Of a stretch of 64,000 nucleotides of DNA, positions 1 to 9,864 are shown piece by piece. The notes beneath the pieces were generated by a model. It was not told the DNA's origin. It searched no databases and was given only the letters and a program-made list of their open reading frames with translations. Every line of letters begins with the position of its first letter. Position 1 is the first letter of the stretch. Position numbers and translations under genes: made by a program. Location: the NCBI GenBank assembly GCA_038883715.1, contig JAVZLS010000002.1:73582-137581 (forward strand), read 5' to 3'. This DNA is from Candidatus Bathyarchaeia archaeon. GTDB taxonomy: Archaea; Thermoproteota; Bathyarchaeia; Bathyarchaeales; Bathycorpusculaceae.

Positions 1-1
1 A

Positions 2-355
2 ATGGCAAACCTCCTATTCTCAACCCGGTACATACCACTAGCAACCCAAGTCCTAATAGGCGGCGTCGACGACACTGGACCTCATGTCTTCTCCATAGAC
101 CCCTTCGGAAGCCTAACTGAGGAGAAATGCGTTGCCACCGGTTCCGGCTCTCCAATAGCCTACGGCGTTTTGGAGGACAAGTTCCGAGAGGGCATGTCAG
201 TGGCTGAAGCTTTACCAATAATTATTAGGGCCGTTGACTCAGCCATGAAAAGGGACTCAGCTAGCGGAGACAGCTTTAACGTGGCAGTTGTAGACGCTAA
301 CGGTTATAGAGAATTAACAGAAGAGGAGAAGAGGAAACTTTTAGCTGCAAACTAG
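2..355 (+). CDS. psmB: Proteasome beta subunit, 5'-truncated by the window edge
   Basis: Motifs GGVD..GP.VFSIDPFGS, ATGSGS..AYGVLE and RDSASGD; sits just upstream of aCPSF1, the conserved archaeal arrangement. Confidence 0.95.
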   Translation: MANLLFSTRYIPLATQVLIGGVDDTGPHVFSIDPFGSLTEEKCVATGSGSPIAYGVLEDKFREGMSVAEALPIIIRAVDSAMKRDSASGDSFNVAVVDANGYRELTEEEKRKLLAAN

Positions 356-373
356 AAAAGGGAAGTCTAAAAG

Positions 374-2293
374 TTGGCGCCCAACACTGAAAGGGAGAAA
401 ATCGAAATAAGTAAATACATACTTGAGCATGTCCCAAAAGAGGCTGAAGTCACAAGGGTAGAATATGAAGGCCCAATGCTGGCGGTCTACGCAAAAAGAC
501 CGGAAATCCTCGTGGAGCAGAGCAGCCTAATCGCAGACATAGTAAACGTCATCAGAAAAAGAATAGTCGTCCGCTCAGACCCATCTGTAAGGCTTCCAGA
601 GAAAGAAGCAGAGAAAATAGCTCGAGAAATAATTCCGCCAGAGGCTGAAGTCACAGACGTGTACTTTGATCCAAGTCTTGGCGAAATAATCATTGAGGCT
701 AAAAAGCCGGGGCTAGTCATTGGAAAAAATGGGGCTGTCTTGCAGGAAATTATAAAGAGGACAAAGTGGCGCCCCCATGTTTTGAGAAGCCCACCGCTTC
801 GCTCTAAGATTATTGCGCACATGCGTCACTATCTCCATTCTGAGAGCAAGGAAAGGGAGCGGAACCTCCGCACATTTGGCGAAAGAATCTTCAGACCAAA
901 AGTCTTCGAGGTCGGAGATGTTCGAATCACGCCCTTAGGCGGCGTTCAAGAGGTTGGACGCTCGGCTTTTCTTGTGCAGACAAGAGAAAGCAACATCCTC
1001 TTGGACTGCGGCATAAATCCGGGCTCGTCGAAGCCTTTTGAGGCTTTTCCAAGGTTTGACCATCCAGCTTTCGAGATAGACTCGCTGGACGCTGTTGTTA
1101 TAAGCCACGCCCACCTCGACCACTGCGGCTTAGTGCCATTCCTATACAAGTATGGCTACGAAGGCCCCGTTTACTGTTCCGCTCCAACATCCAACCTCAT
1201 GACCCTGCTTCAGCTTGACTATTTAGATGTGGCTAGCAAGCAGGGTATAATCCCGCCCTATGACCAAAAGGATGTTCGAGAATGCGTCCTTCACACGATT
1301 CCGCTTCGTTACGGCGTTGTAACGGATATTGCCCCAGACGTGCGGCTGACACTGCATAATGCCGGGCACATTTTAGGCTCTTCAATAGTGCATTTGCACA
1401 TTGGCGAAGGCTTGCACAACATTGTTTATACTGGTGACTACAAGTATGCGCGAACCATGCTTCTAGAGGCGGCAACAGCCGAATTTCCAAGAGTTGAAAC
1501 TGTCATAACTGAAAGCACTTATGGCGGTTCGGAGGACATAATGCCTTCAAGGGTTGAGGCTGAAGAACGTCTAACAAAAATAGTAAATGAAACCCTAGAG
1601 AAAAGAGGCAAGGTCTTAATTCCAGTTCCAGCTGTTGGCAGAGCGCAAGAAATAATGCTTGTTTTGGACGGCTACATGAAGCGTGGGCTGATGAAGGAGG
1701 CTCCAGTCTTCATTGAAGGTATGATTTCTGAAGCTACGGCAATCCACACGGCTTATCCAGAATACTTGGGCAGGGAAGTCAGAAACAGCATCCTCCACGA
1801 TGGGGTGAACCCCTTCGAGTCGGACTACTTCACAGTTGTTGAGCATCCAAGCGTTAGACAAAGCGTGATTGACGGAGAGCCGTGCATAATCATGGCTACT
1901 TCAGGCATGCTTGAGGGCGGACCAGTAATAGAATACTTCAAAAGCCTAGCAGAAAATGAGATAAACACTATAGTCTTTGTAAGCTACCAGATTGAGGGCA
2001 CTTTAGGTAGACGTGTTCAAAAGGGCATAAACGAGGTGGCAATGATTGACAGCGAGGGCAAAATGAGTGTTGTAAAAGTGAGGATGCGTGTAGAATCCAT
2101 AGAAGGCTTTTCGGGGCACTCTGATAGGCGGCAGATAATAAACTACATAACACATCTGAAGCCTAGGCCAGAACGGGTAATAGTTTGCCACGGTGAGCGG
2201 GCAAAAATAGCCAGCATATCCAATTTCATAGAGAAAAAGTGTGGAATCCAGAGCTTTGCGCCCGCGGTTATGGAAACAATTAGGCTGCTGTAG
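374..2293 (+). CDS. fttA: Beta-CASP ribonuclease aCPSF1 / transcription termination factor FttA
   Basis: N-terminal KH domains (KKPGLVIGKNG), metallo-beta-lactamase motif SHAHLDH, AGHILGS, FSGHSD; TTG start. Confidence 0.96.
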   Translation: MAPNTEREKIEISKYILEHVPKEAEVTRVEYEGPMLAVYAKRPEILVEQSSLIADIVNVIRKRIVVRSDPSVRLPEKEAEKIAREIIPPEAEVTDVYFDPSLGEIIIEAKKPGLVIGKNGAVLQEIIKRTKWRPHVLRSPPLRSKIIAHMRHYLHSESKERERNLRTFGERIFRPKVFEVGDVRITPLGGVQEVGRSAFLVQTRESNILLDCGINPGSSKPFEAFPRFDHPAFEIDSLDAVVISHAHLDHCGLVPFLYKYGYEGPVYCSAPTSNLMTLLQLDYLDVASKQGIIPPYDQKDVRECVLHTIPLRYGVVTDIAPDVRLTLHNAGHILGSSIVHLHIGEGLHNIVYTGDYKYARTMLLEAATAEFPRVETVITESTYGGSEDIMPSRVEAEERLTKIVNETLEKRGKVLIPVPAVGRAQEIMLVLDGYMKRGLMKEAPVFIEGMISEATAIHTAYPEYLGREVRNSILHDGVNPFESDYFTVVEHPSVRQSVIDGEPCIIMATSGMLEGGPVIEYFKSLAENEINTIVFVSYQIEGTLGRRVQKGINEVAMIDSEGKMSVVKVRMRVESIEGFSGHSDRRQIINYITHLKPRPERVIVCHGERAKIASISNFIEKKCGIQSFAPAVMETIRLL

Positions 2294-2651
2294 CTATAGG
2301 CTCGCTTGCCACCGGCGTTTTCTCTCTCCAAATTCTCACGTTAGGCGGACAAATAACCACACGTTCCTCGCCTAGGCGGGCTATGTCTCCGCCGACAGAC
2401 TCAACAAACTCGCATAACTCGTTAACAGCCTTCTTAACATCGTCCACGCTCTTATTTGCGAGAGGAGTTATCCTAAGAATTAGTATGTTTCCGGAGCGCA
2501 CCTCCTTCTTAACAACGTCCAAGTCGGATAAGTCTCGAAGGGGCATAGCCTTCAAGAAGGTTTTGCCGGGCTTCTCCTTGGCTTCCGTTTTCGGCGTTTC
2601 CGCCTTTCCCTCTTTCTTGTATTTGCGGAAGAGTTCACCTAAACCCGGCAA
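2280..2651 (-). CDS. sepF: SepF family (DUF552-like) cell division protein
   Basis: EVRSGNILILRITPL...V..L..F.....GDIARLGEERVVICP pattern; TTG start after AGGAGA; 14-bp convergent overlap with fttA. Confidence 0.8.
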   Translation of the reverse strand: MPGLGELFRKYKKEGKAETPKTEAKEKPGKTFLKAMPLRDLSDLDVVKKEVRSGNILILRITPLANKSVDDVKKAVNELCEFVESVGGDIARLGEERVVICPPNVRIWREKTPVASEPIATAA

Positions 2652-2798
2652 ACTTCTCCTCTCTACTAAGCCCTTTATAACCTATTTACCCCTTTTAAGA
2701 GTTTAAGCGTTTCCTTATCGAATGGTGCTCTGAACCTAAAATACAGATTAGTGTTAATAGGTTTATGAATCTAAAATGTGGATTTGAACTTACTTTTG

Positions 2799-3305
2799 CT
2801 ATGCACTTGCCAACTCCTTTATAGTTTTCCAGACTTTATCGCCAACGTAGTGGACGTTTTTGACCACAACGCCATGCTTAACTCCAGCAGCCTCCCCTGA
2901 GTTGTAAAGGATTTCGCCTACAGCAATAGGCTTGCCATGTTTCTCATCCACAACCAAAGCCACGTCGCCTCTCAAAAATTCTCTTTCAAAGCGTAGAATT
3001 CCAGGAGCCATCACATCTGCGCCATTACAAATGTGAGGGACAGCCCCCATGTCCACGACAACCCTTGGCAAAAAACCGAAAACTTCTTTGAAAAGGAGGG
3101 TTGGGTAAACGTTTTCTCCGCTTTTGAAAAGTGCTGGTTCTCCATTTATGAGGTAAATCTCGCCAAAATCTGCTTCAACAACCTCCACTTTTGGAGTACT
3201 TGCAAAGCACTTTTTCAAAGCTATTTTCAGCCTTTTTGAGGCTTTTTCCAAAAGATTCCTAGCCTCTTTATCCTTTAGGAAATGCCTTTTAAACCTTTTA
3301 GACAT
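2799..3305 (-). CDS. PUA-domain RNA-binding protein (DUF1947+PUA, MCTS1/Tma20-like)
   Basis: YPTL, VVVDMGAVPHICNGADVMAPGI, HYVGDKVW. Confidence 0.9.
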   Translation of the reverse strand: MSKRFKRHFLKDKEARNLLEKASKRLKIALKKCFASTPKVEVVEADFGEIYLINGEPALFKSGENVYPTLLFKEVFGFLPRVVVDMGAVPHICNGADVMAPGILRFEREFLRGDVALVVDEKHGKPIAVGEILYNSGEAAGVKHGVVVKNVHYVGDKVWKTIKELASA

Positions 3306-3386
3306 AGTTTTCCGCTTCTCGCTTAGATAGGTTTAAATGGTATAATTTAAGTATAAAAAGGGTAAATGTCTAATTGAGGTCTGCGA

Positions 3387-3614
3387 ATGAGCGAGATGAC
3401 TACCGAAATCCTTGAGCAGAACCTTGGAAAAATAGTGCTTGTAAGGTTGAAGGGTGGAAAAAGCCTCAGGGGAAGATTGAAGGGCTTTGACCAACACTTA
3501 AACCTTGTTCTTGAGGATACGGAAGACACGACGGATGCTGAAAACACTAAGAAGCTCGGCTTAATAATTGTCCGCGGAGACAACGTCGTTCTAATATCGC
3601 CGCCGCCTAGGTGA
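3387..3614 (+). CDS. Sm-like archaeal protein (Lsm/SmAP1)
   Basis: Sm1 motif [14 protein letters not shown] and Sm2 motif IVRGDNVV; adjacent to rpl37e. Confidence 0.95.
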   Translation: MSEMTTEILEQNLGKIVLVRLKGGKSLRGRLKGFDQHLNLVLEDTEDTTDAENTKKLGLIIVRGDNVVLISPPPR

Positions 3615-3808
3615 AAATTTTGGGAAAGGGAACACCTTCCTTTGGGAAACGTGCTGGCAAAACGCTTCACATACGCTGTAGGCGTTGTGGAAGGAGAGCC
3701 TACAACGTTTCTAAAAAGCGGTGTGCTGCATGCGGCTATGGGGCGTCAACAACTATTAGGCGCTATTCTTGGCAGACTAAAAACCTTAACAGGGAAAGAA
3801 TCCGCTAA
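3611..3808 (+). CDS. rpl37e: 50S ribosomal protein L37e (true start may be TTG at 3620)
   Basis: [18 protein letters not shown] and CAACGYG zinc finger. Confidence 0.95.
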   Translation: MKILGKGTPSFGKRAGKTLHIRCRRCGRRAYNVSKKRCAACGYGASTTIRRYSWQTKNLNRERIR

Positions 3809-4419
3809 AACTCGTTGTTGTTATAGTAGCCCTTATCAATTCTGACGAATATGAGCGGTCCTTTGCTTCTTGTTAGTTCCCTAGCCTTGCGCAAAGTGTT
3901 GTTTACGACGTTTAGCACTTGTTCTTGATCGCTTGCGTACTTCCTCTTGTTTTCGCCTAACTCCATTTTTAGGAGGTTTTCAGCCAAAATTGCTGTTCCG
4001 CAGATTTCGCCGTTCTTGATAAGGGTTGATATGACGACTTCTTGCATTTCTCTGCGGTTGGTAAGCCTCCTCCATATGGGTTCTGCATTGTTTAGGATTT
4101 TTGTCACTTTGTTCCACTTTTGGGCTTCCTCGTTGCCTATTAGAAGTTTTACCCTCTCCCCCCACTTTTTCAACCATATGCCAGTCCACAAGTCTATGAA
4201 CTCTTCAAGCTCTTTAGGCTCTTTCTGATAGAACTCTTCAAGCTTGTCAGCGAGTTCAAACTCGTTCGCCTCCTTGCCCACAAGGTTCCAGTAAACCTTC
4301 AAATAGTTGGTGAAGTCTTGGCATGCTATCTGCAAAACCTTCCGGTCAGCGCCGAAAATATCCAGCATTGGATTTTTGCTCTTCAACTTCTCAGACAACA
4401 GTACCTCGATGAAATTCAT
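3805..4419 (-). CDS. Hypothetical protein, alpha-helical
   Basis: 204-aa ORF with protein-like composition and RBS GGAGAGG; no recognised motif. Confidence 0.7.
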   Translation of the reverse strand: MNFIEVLLSEKLKSKNPMLDIFGADRKVLQIACQDFTNYLKVYWNLVGKEANEFELADKLEEFYQKEPKELEEFIDLWTGIWLKKWGERVKLLIGNEEAQKWNKVTKILNNAEPIWRRLTNRREMQEVVISTLIKNGEICGTAILAENLLKMELGENKRKYASDQEQVLNVVNNTLRKARELTRSKGPLIFVRIDKGYYNNNEF

Positions 4420-4540
4420 TGTTTTCGAAGCCCTCTCCGCTCTAATACTAAGATTAAAGTTTTAATTAAGCTTTATTTATGGTTGCTTCTATAACATTCT
4501 TAAGTAATTTTCAACCATATTGCATGTTCCGTAATATTCC

Positions 4541-5191
4541 CTAACAAAGAAATTTTGGGAGCTCGCTGAAGTCCCTAATGATTAGGTCAGGCTTTTCATT
4601 TTCTAATTCTTCCCTCGTGAATATTCCGGACAAGACGGCGACCGTTTTCGCACCAGCATTTTTTCCAGCCTTAATATCTGCGACGGAATCGCCTACGATA
4701 GCACATTCGCCTACTTTAACGCCTATCCGCTCAGCGCAGTCAACCAGCGCCTTAGGAGAAGGCTTCGGAAATCTCGTGTTCAATGCTGTCACAACACATT
4801 GGAAATATTTGGCTAAGCCCACCTTCTCCAGCCACTTTCCAATATTTTCGCATGGGACATAACGCATTGTTAATAGTGCAAGCCTAGCCTTTCTTGAAAG
4901 CATCTCAAGAGTTTTCTGCGTGTTTGGCAATAGTTTTGCCTTGTCTTCAGCAATCCTATAATAAGCCTCAAGATAGGCTTCTAGAAATTTTTCAATGTTT
5001 ATTTTTGGCAATAAATCCTTTATTGGTAGGTTCTGCTCTAGTCTTCTCGGAATCTCTAAAATCAAGCTGGGGTTAAACTCTTTTACGCCAAGCTTTTCTA
5101 GGGCTTTTGCTAGGGCTTCGTGGTAGGCTTCTCTTGAATCTACAAGTGTGCCGTCCAAGTCTATGATTATCCCTTTAACTTTCAGCTTCAT
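4541..5191 (-). CDS. HAD-superfamily hydrolase (phosphoglycolate phosphatase-like)
   Basis: DLDGTLVDS motif I, KPSP, VGDSVADI motif IV. Confidence 0.92.
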   Translation of the reverse strand: MKLKVKGIIIDLDGTLVDSREAYHEALAKALEKLGVKEFNPSLILEIPRRLEQNLPIKDLLPKINIEKFLEAYLEAYYRIAEDKAKLLPNTQKTLEMLSRKARLALLTMRYVPCENIGKWLEKVGLAKYFQCVVTALNTRFPKPSPKALVDCAERIGVKVGECAIVGDSVADIKAGKNAGAKTVAVLSGIFTREELENEKPDLIIRDFSELPKFLC

Positions 5192-5312
5192 TCCTCTGCC
5201 TCTTTTGCCAGTTTACGCGCCTCTTGTTTCGATAAGTTTTTATCTATGGTTTATTGTCTAAAAGGATACCCGCTAAAAAGTATAAAAGGTTGAAGGTTTG
5301 GAGTATTAGGCT

Positions 5313-5621
5313 ATGGTTAGGAAGGCGCGGATACGCTTAACAAGCACAGACTACAAGAAGCTTGAGGAAGTGTGCCAAGAGCTTAAGGCAATAGCTGAAA
5401 AGACAGGGGTGAAAATGGTTGGGCCTATCCCATTGCCAACCAAGAGGCTTAAGGTTCCAGTTTTGAAGTCTCCATGCGGCGAAGGAACATCCACATGGGA
5501 CAAGTGGGAGCTGCGCATCCACAAACGCTTGGTGGACATTGACGCTGAAGAACGTGCCATGAGAAGGATTATGCGTATCCGTGTCCCGGAGGAAGTGCAC
5601 GTAACAATAGAGCTTCTCTAG
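5313..5621 (+). CDS. rpsJ: 30S ribosomal protein S10
   Basis: [31 protein letters not shown]. Confidence 0.97.
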   Translation: MVRKARIRLTSTDYKKLEEVCQELKAIAEKTGVKMVGPIPLPTKRLKVPVLKSPCGEGTSTWDKWELRIHKRLVDIDAEERAMRRIMRIRVPEEVHVTIELL

Positions 5622-5639
5622 TTTTATGTTTCGTGCCTT

Positions 5640-6449
5640 TTACAAGAGTATGAAGGATATTATTGTTAAGATTAGGCTTATGATAAAGGCCAAAGCCCAA
5701 ACAGCCTTGTTCCAGAAGAAGATTTTAAAGCCGTCGAGCATTCCGAAGGGTATGAGATTGAGAAAGGCTATCCAAGCGTTTATCGCGAAACCTAGAAGGA
5801 ACAGATATGTAAGGTTGCCGGTTGGTGCAAAATGCGTCGCTAGAAGAAACCCTAAGGATAATATGATGTTTGTTAATGGTCCAGCTATGGAGATTTTCCC
5901 GAGGTTTCTTTTGCTGGTTAACCCTGATACGACCACCGCTCCGGGCGATATAATCTTGAAGAGGGGCGAAACGATGGATATAGCTGTTAATATTAGGCCG
6001 AAAAGCATTATTCTGAATTCCGCCCATAAACCGCTTTTTTGAGCTGTGAATTTGTGGGATAGTTCGTGGATTAGGAAGGATGCCGTAACTATAACTCCAA
6101 ACGCGAATAGCATGGGGATGCCTCCAATATTTTGGATCATGGTTGGCGACATTCCTAGGGATAGTCCTATGCCCAAAACAAGTAGTGCTGCCACCGCTAG
6201 GTGTGTGACCTCTTTAGCGCTGAATCGAATCTGCCTTCTAGTTTCTATTGGAATGTATGTGATTGTGTACTCGATTGGCTTCCATGCTTGAGGGAATAGT
6301 GTCCGCTCTTCTTTTGCTGGGGCTCTTGCCGACTCGATTTTTGGGCATTCATGGTTTTCCGGTAAGCGGTGCTCAGTGCAGAAGTATCCTCCACAGTAGG
6401 GACACCTAAACGGCAGAAAGGTTTCTGTTCCACATTTTTGACACTTCAT
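5640..6449 (-). CDS. AN1-type zinc finger fused to an M50 (site-2) intramembrane metallopeptidase
   Basis: C..C...LPFRCPYCGGYFC.EHRLPE.H.C; HELSH (HExxH), AGP and NLIPFGMLDG motifs; multiple TM segments. Confidence 0.88.
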   Translation of the reverse strand: MKCQKCGTETFLPFRCPYCGGYFCTEHRLPENHECPKIESARAPAKEERTLFPQAWKPIEYTITYIPIETRRQIRFSAKEVTHLAVAALLVLGIGLSLGMSPTMIQNIGGIPMLFAFGVIVTASFLIHELSHKFTAQKSGLWAEFRIMLFGLILTAISIVSPLFKIISPGAVVVSGLTSKRNLGKISIAGPLTNIILSLGFLLATHFAPTGNLTYLFLLGFAINAWIAFLNLIPFGMLDGFKIFFWNKAVWALAFIISLILTIISFILL

Positions 6450-6567
6450 TTTTGTGGCGCCCTTTAACCGCTTAAAATGGCTTTTTACTCTTTATATGTT
6501 TCTATCGGCGATGGGTTAAACGTTAATAAGGGTATGCGTCCAGTTAATTTGGAAGGGTGGAGAAAGC

Positions 6568-7770
6568 GTGAAGGCTTTCAGTTTCGTTCATGCGGCAGAC
6601 TTACATTTGGGCTATTCACAGTATGGTTTAGAAGTGAGACGTGAAGACTTTGACAAGGCATTTAAGGAGCTTGTTGACAAAACCCTTGAGCTAAAACCCG
6701 CATTCCTCATAATTGCCGGAGACCTTTTTCACAATGCCAGGCCATCCAACGTCACATTGGAGAACGCCATAAAAAACTTTAGCAGGCTGCGGGAGGCTGG
6801 CATTCCAGTGCTGGTTGTTGACGGTTCCCATGACTCGGCGCCAAACGTTGTCACAAGCACTATCCTTAACCCGTTGGACAGTGCTGGGCTTATCTATTAT
6901 CTGCCACGGCATGAGGGGGCTTGTTGGCGGAAACCTGAATGCTGCTACGTTTACGGAGTGCCCAACTATCGGACTAGGCGTAAAACCGAAGAGATGCTTC
7001 CAGCCTTTATGGAGCAGAACAAGCCAACGCCAGACCCTTCGCTTTTTAACATTTTCGTCTTCCACATGGCACTTGACCTTCCAGAGGTTAACCCGCCATA
7101 CATAGAGGCTGAAGCTCCCGTTGAGCTTATACCCGAAGGCTTCAATTATTATGCCGGCGGGCACGTTCACAAACCTTACATGGGAAAGCTCAAAACTGGA
7201 TTGTTGGTTTATCCCGGAAGCACTGAGACAATAAATTATGACGAGGCTGGGAACGAGAAGGGCTTTTACTACGTGGAAGTGAACGAGAAGGGGGAGGCTA
7301 ACTCACAGTTCATAAAATTGGAGTCTCCCCGCAAGTTTGTTGTTTTAGAGCAAGATTTTACTGGCGTTACAGCATCGAAAATCACCGAGCTTGCTGTCCA
7401 ACTTGTGAAGGGCGCTGATGTGGAGGGCGCTGTGCTTATTCCAGTTTTGCGTGGTGTCTTGCCAGTTGAGGCTAGCCGTGCAGAAGTTGACGTCGCCCAA
7501 ATTCGGGGCGCCGCCGAGAAAGCTTTACTTGTCCATCCAGTGGTTTTGCTGCGGGAAAGCGAGGTTCCAGAGACCGTTGTTCGCTCCATATTCGAAAGCG
7601 AAATTAAGGATTTGAAAACGAAAAGCTTCGAATATTTCTTGCAAATTTTCTCTGAACGCTACAGTCGGGAAGAAGCCGAAAAAATCGCCAAGGCTGCTGT
7701 TAACTTGATTGAGCCGCTTTCCAAAAAGCAGGACGAGAAGGTTAAGCAGATTTTGGAGGAGCTTATCTAA
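6568..7770 (+). CDS. mre11: Mre11/SbcD DNA repair nuclease
   Basis: ADLHLG, AGDLF, GSHD, GHVH and YPGSTE phosphoesterase motifs; 1-bp overlap with rad50. Confidence 0.9.
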   Translation: MKAFSFVHAADLHLGYSQYGLEVRREDFDKAFKELVDKTLELKPAFLIIAGDLFHNARPSNVTLENAIKNFSRLREAGIPVLVVDGSHDSAPNVVTSTILNPLDSAGLIYYLPRHEGACWRKPECCYVYGVPNYRTRRKTEEMLPAFMEQNKPTPDPSLFNIFVFHMALDLPEVNPPYIEAEAPVELIPEGFNYYAGGHVHKPYMGKLKTGLLVYPGSTETINYDEAGNEKGFYYVEVNEKGEANSQFIKLESPRKFVVLEQDFTGVTASKITELAVQLVKGADVEGAVLIPVLRGVLPVEASRAEVDVAQIRGAAEKALLVHPVVLLRESEVPETVVRSIFESEIKDLKTKSFEYFLQIFSERYSREEAEKIAKAAVNLIEPLSKKQDEKVKQILEELI

Positions 7771-9857
7771 TGAAAATCGAAGTTGTCCAATTGGAAAACA
7801 TCCGCTCCCACGTGAAGTCTACAGTTCCATTTGCCAGAGGCTTCAATTGCCTCGTTGGCGGCTTGGGCTGCGGTAAATCCAGCATACTTTACGCCATAGA
7901 CTTCGCCCTCTTCGGAGACCCTTTAGGAAGGAGCTACGACTACCTTCTGCGGGATGGCGCCGAAACCGGAAGAGTTGTTGTCCAGTTCACCCACAACGGC
8001 AAGAGCTATAAAATATCGAGGGGCTTGAAGAGGCGTGGGAAGGGCATAAGCCAAGACTTTGACGAGCTTAAACTTTTTGAAGGCGAAACCATAATCGCAA
8101 GCGTGAAAAGCGACGCTGTCGCAGAACAGTTGAAGGCTATCACTGGCTTGGAGAAGGAGCTTTTCCGCGAAATTGTTTGGGTCCGCCAAGAACACCTAAA
8201 AGAACTTTTAGACGCCCCGCCCAGGGAGCGGCAAAAACGCCTAGACGAACTTTTTGGCTTGTCGGAATACGAAACAGCATGGAGCAACCTGGCTGGCTAC
8301 CAAAAGGAATACGAAGGTGAAAAAAGAGTATACGAAAGAGACCCAGACGTCGCTGGAATTAAAAAGCTGAATGAGGAGTACAACAGCCTAGCCAGAGAAT
8401 TCGCCCTATTAGAGATTGACCTCCAAGAAACCACAAGAAAGCTCAACGAAGCCAAAAAAGCTTTGGAGGAGGCAGACCTCAAACTCAAAAAACTTGAGGA
8501 GCTTAAAACATCCGTAGAAAGCCTCAAACGCAAGGAAGCCCAAATACAAGCCAGCCTAACAAGCCTTGAAGATTCTTTGGCATCACTTGCTGAAAAAGTT
8601 GAAGGAAAAAAGGCAATAATTGACAATCTGAAACAGCGCCTCAACACTATGGAATCACAAGCAAACGCCCACAAGGAAACGCTCAAAGAAATTGGGGTTC
8701 CGGCAGACCAGCCCGTTGAAAATTTGAGACAGCATCTTTCAGCCTTTGACGAGCAAATTGCAAGCCTAAAAGCTGAACAAGAGGCTATTCTTCGAAACCT
8801 CCAAGCAGACCAGCGGAGGCTTGCGTCTCTTTCAGCTGAAAACCGATGTCCGCTATGCCTCCAACCATTAAACGCTGATTATAAGACCAGCCTAATGGAG
8901 CGTATACAAAAAGAAAACGTGGAACGGCAAAAAACCATAAACCAGCTTCAAAAGGACATTGAGGAACTTCAGCAAATAAGGGAGAAAGCCAACTCCGCCA
9001 TCTCCAACCTCCAGGCTCTTCTGCCCAGAATCGAAGACTTGAGAGCCCGCCTAAACGAGGAGTCTAGAGCTTTAGCCGAGCTTTCAAAGGAGTTTGAAGA
9101 GAAGCAGGAAATGGAGAATACGCTGAGAAACCAGCTGGAAGGCATACGCGCGGAAATAGGCAGATTTGACGTTTTCCAGCTTGAAACCGCCAGAAAGCTA
9201 AGAGAACAAGTTTTCCGGCAATATTATATGCTTGAATCTGAGCTGCGGACCAAGGAAAGCCGGAAAGAGGACATGATGCGGCGTCTAGACGAAATTAAGG
9301 ATCGCATAGACCGAGCCCAGAAAAAGATTGAGGAGATGGAGAAACTTGACAAGATTTTGGGCGTTATTGGCGGTATCCGCGACGCCTATAGGAGCATTCA
9401 ACCAAAATTGCGGAGCGAATTTGTAAAAGTCTTGAAGAATTTTGTTCAGCAAATCCTAGACAGCCTAGTGGGCGAGGAAGGCGCACCAATAAATATCACA
9501 ATAGATGAGACTTATACGCCGTATGTGATAAGCGAGACGGGCGTCGAAAGGGAGGTTTCAAACCTTTCTGGTGGGGAGCGAACCCTAATAGCTTTTGCAT
9601 ATCGCCTCGGGCTTGGTCAGTTGATAATGCAGTCGCGGACTGGTCACGGCTTAAGCCTCCTACTGCTTGACGAGCCGACAGAAAGCCTTGGAAGGGAGGA
9701 TGGCTCAATAGACCGCTTGGCAGAAGCCATCTCAAGGTTTAAAGCTGTAGAACAGATAATCGCCGTAACCCATAGCGAGGCTTTCGCTGAAAAAGCCGAA
9801 CACGTTATAAGGGTGGAGAAAGAGGCTGGGGAAAGCAAAATATCGGTCGAAAAATAA
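7770..9857 (+). CDS. rad50: Rad50/SbcC SMC-family ATPase
   Basis: Walker A GCGKSS, long coiled coil with central CPLC zinc hook, LSGGE signature, LLLLDEPT, VTH. Confidence 0.9.
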   Translation: MKIEVVQLENIRSHVKSTVPFARGFNCLVGGLGCGKSSILYAIDFALFGDPLGRSYDYLLRDGAETGRVVVQFTHNGKSYKISRGLKRRGKGISQDFDELKLFEGETIIASVKSDAVAEQLKAITGLEKELFREIVWVRQEHLKELLDAPPRERQKRLDELFGLSEYETAWSNLAGYQKEYEGEKRVYERDPDVAGIKKLNEEYNSLAREFALLEIDLQETTRKLNEAKKALEEADLKLKKLEELKTSVESLKRKEAQIQASLTSLEDSLASLAEKVEGKKAIIDNLKQRLNTMESQANAHKETLKEIGVPADQPVENLRQHLSAFDEQIASLKAEQEAILRNLQADQRRLASLSAENRCPLCLQPLNADYKTSLMERIQKENVERQKTINQLQKDIEELQQIREKANSAISNLQALLPRIEDLRARLNEESRALAELSKEFEEKQEMENTLRNQLEGIRAEIGRFDVFQLETARKLREQVFRQYYMLESELRTKESRKEDMMRRLDEIKDRIDRAQKKIEEMEKLDKILGVIGGIRDAYRSIQPKLRSEFVKVLKNFVQQILDSLVGEEGAPINITIDETYTPYVISETGVEREVSNLSGGERTLIAFAYRLGLGQLIMQSRTGHGLSLLLLDEPTESLGREDGSIDRLAEAISRFKAVEQIIAVTHSEAFAEKAEHVIRVEKEAGESKISVEK

Positions 9858-9864
9858 CTTGAAA

